Below, one piece after another: positions 60,007 through 64,000 of a DNA stretch of 64,000 bases. A program made the translations under genes and the position numbers. Every line of letters begins with the position of its first letter. Position 1 is the stretch's first letter. The stretch lies in the NCBI GenBank assembly GCA_050950765.1, contig JBMNIF010000003.1:512001-576000 (forward strand). The letters run 5' to 3'. The DNA is from Bdellovibrionota bacterium (lineage in GTDB: Bacteria > Bdellovibrionota_C > UBA2361 > JAAYZI01). Below the pieces are notes generated by a model that was not told the DNA's origin, searched no databases, and was given only the letters and a program-made list of their open reading frames with translations.

Positions 60007-60561
60007 TTAATTCCAGTTAAGTTTAGCCATAACGGTTTTTAAATCATTCCAGAAAGCTCTCTTCATGTTTTTATCTGTAAGAGAGCTTTGCAAAGAAACA
60101 GTCGGCATAACGACCAAGTTCTGAATAGTGCTAAGCTCTCCACGCACTTTTTTTGAATTATCTAAAACGTTCCAGACCTCTTCTCCTAAAAGAATAATAA
60201 GGTGTACCTCATGCCTAGTAGCTATCTCCAGTACCGCTTCCCCGTTACTCTTCTGCTTTAGTGACACCTCCTTAAATAACGGAAGGATACCAACTTCATT
60301 TAAAGTTTTCTTCAAGCCTTTTTCAATCGCTGCAAATAGTAAAGCACCCTCTGGCGTTGCCGAAAAATCAGCATCACCTACTGACAAAGTAACAAACAAC
60401 ACCTCTACTTTATCACCCCCTATATAAGACGAGTTCTGACGGGAGCCTCTTATTTTCTTTTCAGCTACAAGTGGTGCCTGCTGTAACAACACCCCTGTCG
60501 GATAACAATCCTCAACGGCTTCAAGGTAACGTACTGCATCATCTAAAACATCTCTTTGCAT
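60007..60561 (-). CDS. Uracil-DNA glycosylase (family 4)-like protein, degenerate
   Basis: G.LL..AIE.GL, IILLG, RG, VMPT, KR..W.DLK pattern; follows coaBC; GEGPG/HP motifs absent. Confidence 0.55.
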   Translation of the reverse strand: MQRDVLDDAVRYLEAVEDCYPTGVLLQQAPLVAEKKIRGSRQNSSYIGGDKVEVLFVTLSVGDADFSATPEGALLFAAIEKGLKKTLNEVGILPLFKEVSLKQKSNGEAVLEIATRHEVHLIILLGEEVWNVLDNSKKVRGELSTIQNLVVMPTVSLQSSLTDKNMKRAFWNDLKTVMAKLNWN

Positions 60562-60585
60562 CCTTATTACCTTTGCAATTTTCTA

Positions 60586-61776
60586 TTATATTAAGCGCAA
60601 GGCTCTATCTAAGATCTGACTTGCAACCCTACTTCTATACGTTGTTGAGATCTGAGCATCTCGACCAGCGCGATCGATTAACCACAACTCATTACTTTCA
60701 AGATCAACAGGCTCTGCCGCAAACTTACCAACCAAAACATCCATAGAGGTATCATCTATTAAGTGACGTCCCTTAGAGAAAAGTTCTTCCGTCTCTCCAA
60801 CAGCCACAACGAAAGTTATCACTAGCGGCAACTTCTCCGAACCCCGTTTCTCTCCCAACTCTTTCAAAACATTAACAGGAGCTTCAAAAGAGAGCGTCTC
60901 TCCACTACCTGAAGCCCTAAACTGATTAGCCAACCCAGCTAAGATAATCATATCAGGGTTGGCAACGTTATCTTCCGAGATAGAGCCAACGATTGCATCT
61001 TTTAAAGCAGTATTAACAGAAGCTTCAATACACGAGATAGGTGTCGGCACTTTCGGACGTACACCACCGTGAATTAACGTTACAGCAGCACCCCTTCTAT
61101 ACGCTTCACGCGCGATCTCCACCCCCAACTTCGTTGATGAGATCTGAGTAGCATCACGCATGATATCCATAGAATCACGCGTCATGCCCGCTGTAATAAC
61201 GATCTTTCGTCCTTCAAGATCTTGTACAGAAAGCGCCTTGCGCACTGCATAAAAGATATCCCACGGTTCTGCCAAGCGTCCTTTACCCGTTGAGCCACAC
61301 GCTAATGCCCCCGCATTCGGTCCAATAAATGAAACCCCTTCGGTTTTCAAGGTTTCAATATTTGCTTGTGTGCGCCGATTTTCATACATATTAACGTTCA
61401 TCGCTGGAGCAATCACCAGTGGAGCTTTACTAGCGAGCACAGTAGCAGTTAACGGATTATCAGCCGCTCCCCTTGCTATCTTTGAAATAGTTTCAGCAGT
61501 GGCAGGTGCGATCACAATAGCATCAGCCCACTGTGCGTGTTTAATATGTTCAATATCGGAAGAGCCGTTCTCTTCCCAGAAACTCCTTAAAACAGGATGC
61601 CCTGACAACGCTTCTAACGTTGCTTTTCCGATAAATTTCTCCGCTGCTTCAGTCATCATAACCTTTACAGAGTACCCTCTTGAAACAAGAATTCTGACCA
61701 ACTCTGCACTCTTATAGGCAGCAATAGAGCCCGCTACTCCCAAAAGGACATTTCGTTTTTCAGTATTAATGGCCAT
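60586..61776 (-). CDS. coaBC: CoaBC (PPC decarboxylase intact; ligase domain divergent)
   Basis: GSIAAYK, HI, PATA, PAMN.NM, LACG..G.GRL; ITAG.T…SS.KLG. Confidence 0.85.
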   Translation of the reverse strand: MAINTEKRNVLLGVAGSIAAYKSAELVRILVSRGYSVKVMMTEAAEKFIGKATLEALSGHPVLRSFWEENGSSDIEHIKHAQWADAIVIAPATAETISKIARGAADNPLTATVLASKAPLVIAPAMNVNMYENRRTQANIETLKTEGVSFIGPNAGALACGSTGKGRLAEPWDIFYAVRKALSVQDLEGRKIVITAGMTRDSMDIMRDATQISSTKLGVEIAREAYRRGAAVTLIHGGVRPKVPTPISCIEASVNTALKDAIVGSISEDNVANPDMIILAGLANQFRASGSGETLSFEAPVNVLKELGEKRGSEKLPLVITFVVAVGETEELFSKGRHLIDDTSMDVLVGKFAAEPVDLESNELWLIDRAGRDAQISTTYRSRVASQILDRALRLI

Positions 61777-61872
61777 GATGCAAGATCCATAAAAAAACAA
61801 TGTTACATATATGCAATAAACCGTCTGCGCTTTCTTTCAAAAAAAAGCACCCAAATATCTTAACGATACTTC

Positions 61873-62523
61873 CTAAATATACTTACGAATAAACGGATTT
61901 GATGCAATTTCATCTTTTATCACGGTATCGGTGCCGTGCCCAGAATAAACTTTGGTAGTAGGCGGCAATTTCAAAATGATCTCCTGCAAACTTTGCATCA
62001 GAAGTTTATAATCACCCCCTGGAAGATCACTTCGTCCTATACTTCCAGCAAAAATAGTATCTCCTGTAAAAACACCCCCTTCCTCTGCACAATAAAAACA
62101 GAGGTGATCTGGGGAGTGACCTGGTGTATACAAAACTTTAAACTCCAAATTCCCGAGTTGCACAGTATCTCCACCTGCCAATACGACATCAGGCTCGGGG
62201 CAGTCCTCCATTCCTGAAGACTCTAAATTAAACATCGTTATAAATTGCGAAACGCCCGATCGAAGGGATCTCCCTTCTGCGTGTGCAAAAAACGGCACAT
62301 CTATCAACCGTTTTAAAGATGCTACACCTCCGCAGTGATCTGGATGTGCATGCGTAAGCCAGATCCCTTTTACGGTAACACCTAAATCTTGTGCTAGCTT
62401 AAGGAGTGTCTCCGCTTGGCAAGGCGGATCTAAAAAAACTCCCTCTTTAGTTTCCGTGCAATAAAGAAGCCGCGCATTTTGAGAAAAGTGCGTCAGCACT
62501 TTTGTAACGATCTGTAACGCCAT
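61873..62523 (-). CDS. MBL-fold hydrolase (glyoxalase II/YcbL-like)
   Basis: THAHPDHCGG, TPGHSP, TGDTIF.GSIGRSDLPGG, GHG, NPF. Confidence 0.9.
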   Translation of the reverse strand: MALQIVTKVLTHFSQNARLLYCTETKEGVFLDPPCQAETLLKLAQDLGVTVKGIWLTHAHPDHCGGVASLKRLIDVPFFAHAEGRSLRSGVSQFITMFNLESSGMEDCPEPDVVLAGGDTVQLGNLEFKVLYTPGHSPDHLCFYCAEEGGVFTGDTIFAGSIGRSDLPGGDYKLLMQSLQEIILKLPPTTKVYSGHGTDTVIKDEIASNPFIRKYI

Positions 62524-62574
62524 AATACACCATCAAAAGAAAAAATCTCTTCAAGATATCGTTAATACCCTCAC

Positions 62575-63006
62575 TTACCCCAAAACCTTTTTAACGATTT
62601 CACTCGCCATTTTACTGTCGTACCTACCGCTATACTGTTCACGTAACACCTTCATAATATCACCCATTTTAGCAGTAGCATTCTCTTCTTTTATCCCCTT
62701 AACAACACCTTCCAACTCTTCAGCAGTCATCTGCTCTGGGAGGAACTCTTTCAAAACGACCTCTTCTCTTTTCAGATCTTCAATTAACTCACTACGTCCA
62801 TCTTTCTCTGCATATTCAAGAGCTTCTGTTCTCTTTTTGAGTTCAGCCCTTATCACCGCCATGATCTCATCATCACTTAAAGCATCTTTTTTCTGCCGCA
62901 TCTCCTCATACTGCATAGCTGATAGAACGCCGCGAATGACAGCGAGTCGTAATTTATCTTTTTCGCGCATGGCATTCTTCATTTCATCTTGAAGTTTCTT
63001 TTTCAT
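62575..63006 (-). CDS. GatB/YqeY domain protein
   Basis: MKNAMREKD..RL..IR, K.R.E, FLP.Q, MG.IM. Confidence 0.9.
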   Translation of the reverse strand: MKKKLQDEMKNAMREKDKLRLAVIRGVLSAMQYEEMRQKKDALSDDEIMAVIRAELKKRTEALEYAEKDGRSELIEDLKREEVVLKEFLPEQMTAEELEGVVKGIKEENATAKMGDIMKVLREQYSGRYDSKMASEIVKKVLG

Positions 63007-63246
63007 GGTTCTCTCCTAAAATCACCGCCATTAGTTTACTTTTACGGTATTTTAAACGTCTCTCTTGCGGCGTTTAATTTAACTGATATTGAAGATATTC
63101 ACAATAATATCGCTGTATTTACAAATAATAAGAGTTACTCCTAGAATATGGCAACGCTTCCGCATAAGATACTCCTCCCCTACACAACTCAATTGAAATG
63201 CACGAAAAACTACACTTTAAATATTTAATCTGTTTTAATGATATTT

Positions 63247-64000
63247 ATGCTTAAAGAAGACACGCAAAAAGAGATCTTACTTAGAGGAGTTGTTAGGCGA
63301 ATTACCTTTCAAGCCCCTGATTCCGGATACGTTGTCTGTCGCGTGCTAAGAGAAGGTGCTTTAGAAGAAACAACACTTACAGGTACAAATCTACACCTTT
63401 CAAGTGGTCTATCAATTATAGCAAGGGGACGTTTTGTGCACCATCCCAAGTTCGGAGAGCAATTTCTCGCCTCAGCTGTTGAACATATTATCCCCTCAAC
63501 GGAGGAGGGATTAAAGAGATATTTAGGCAGCGGACTCTTTAGTGGTATCGGAGAAAAAACTGCGGAACGTATTATTAAACACTTTGGTACCGATGCTTTA
63601 ACTATTTTACGCAATGCACCTGAAAGGTTGAGAGAAGTCTCTGGGATCGGACGTAAAAAAGCAGCCCTTTTTGCGCAAGAGCTACTTTCACATGAAGAGC
63701 GTAGGGAAATTGATCGCTTCTTTTTAGAATACGGAATTCAACCTACTCTAATTGATAAGATCTACCGCAAGTTCGGTGTCAGATCGATTGAGATCATCAA
63801 ACAGAACCCTTACATCTTGGCTTACAAGATTCACGGCATCGGATTTATCACAGCAGATGCGATCGCTTTAAAGCTCGGCTTAAGCCGTTCTGCTCCACAA
63901 CGTTTAGAATCAGGGTTGGTTTATGCTCTTGAAAAAGCCAAGAATGACGGACACTGTTTTTTAAGGTATGCGGAGCTAGCAGAAAAAGCGACACGTCTTC
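63247..64000 (+). CDS. recD2: RecD2-like ATP-dependent helicase (3'-truncated by window edge; absent from ORF track)
   Basis: Manual translation MLKEDTQKEILLRGVVRRITF…HHPKFGEQF…YLGSG…GIGEKTA…NPY.L…GIGF.TAD.IA…GHCF. Confidence 0.9.
   Translation, partial: MLKEDTQKEILLRGVVRRITFQAPDSGYVVCRVLREGALEETTLTGTNLHLSSGLSIIARGRFVHHPKFGEQFLASAVEHIIPSTEEGLKRYLGSGLFSGIGEKTAERIIKHFGTDALTILRNAPERLREVSGIGRKKAALFAQELLSHEERREIDRFFLEYGIQPTLIDKIYRKFGVRSIEIIKQNPYILAYKIHGIGFITADAIALKLGLSRSAPQRLESGLVYALEKAKNDGHCFLRYAELAEKATRL

Noticed and set aside
63309..63614. 101-aa minus-strand ORF
   Set aside because: Antisense shadow of the partial recD2 on plus

Overview
AT-rich bacterial chromosome window. Gene content (HDOD proteins, DUF1844, many hybrid kinases and receivers, an Mla/Pqi cluster, futalosine-pathway homologues) suggests a diderm of delta-proteobacterial/Bdellovibrionota-like affinity; this is inference only. 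Most of the window is housekeeping and signalling: ymdB, dcd, rpsT, ECF sigma, degP/Q, thrS, HU, comM, rnhB, efp, purE, rpmE, lon, mlaEFD, glyA, ybaK, nfeD/slipin, coaBC and a partial recD2. No rRNA, tRNA or CRISPR array was recognised. One complete IS1634-family element is present (42980-44824, 18-bp IRs, 7-bp TSD). The most unusual signal is three orphan-gene cassettes (41813-42961 on minus; about 54834-55818 and 55943-56871 on plus). Each has a long hairpin-rich 5' leader, orphan ORF(s), a long 3' hairpin, and a tract complementary to its own leader. Two of them share a 99/101-identical leader although their proteins are only remotely similar, and one lies between two copies of the 3' end of ybaK. 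Also notable: apparently catalytically degenerate enzymes with intact frames (MqnE-like, MqnA-MqnC fusion lacking CxxxCxxC, CoaB domain, UDG-like), and an orphan AbiEi antitoxin ending in a 74-bp tandem repeat.
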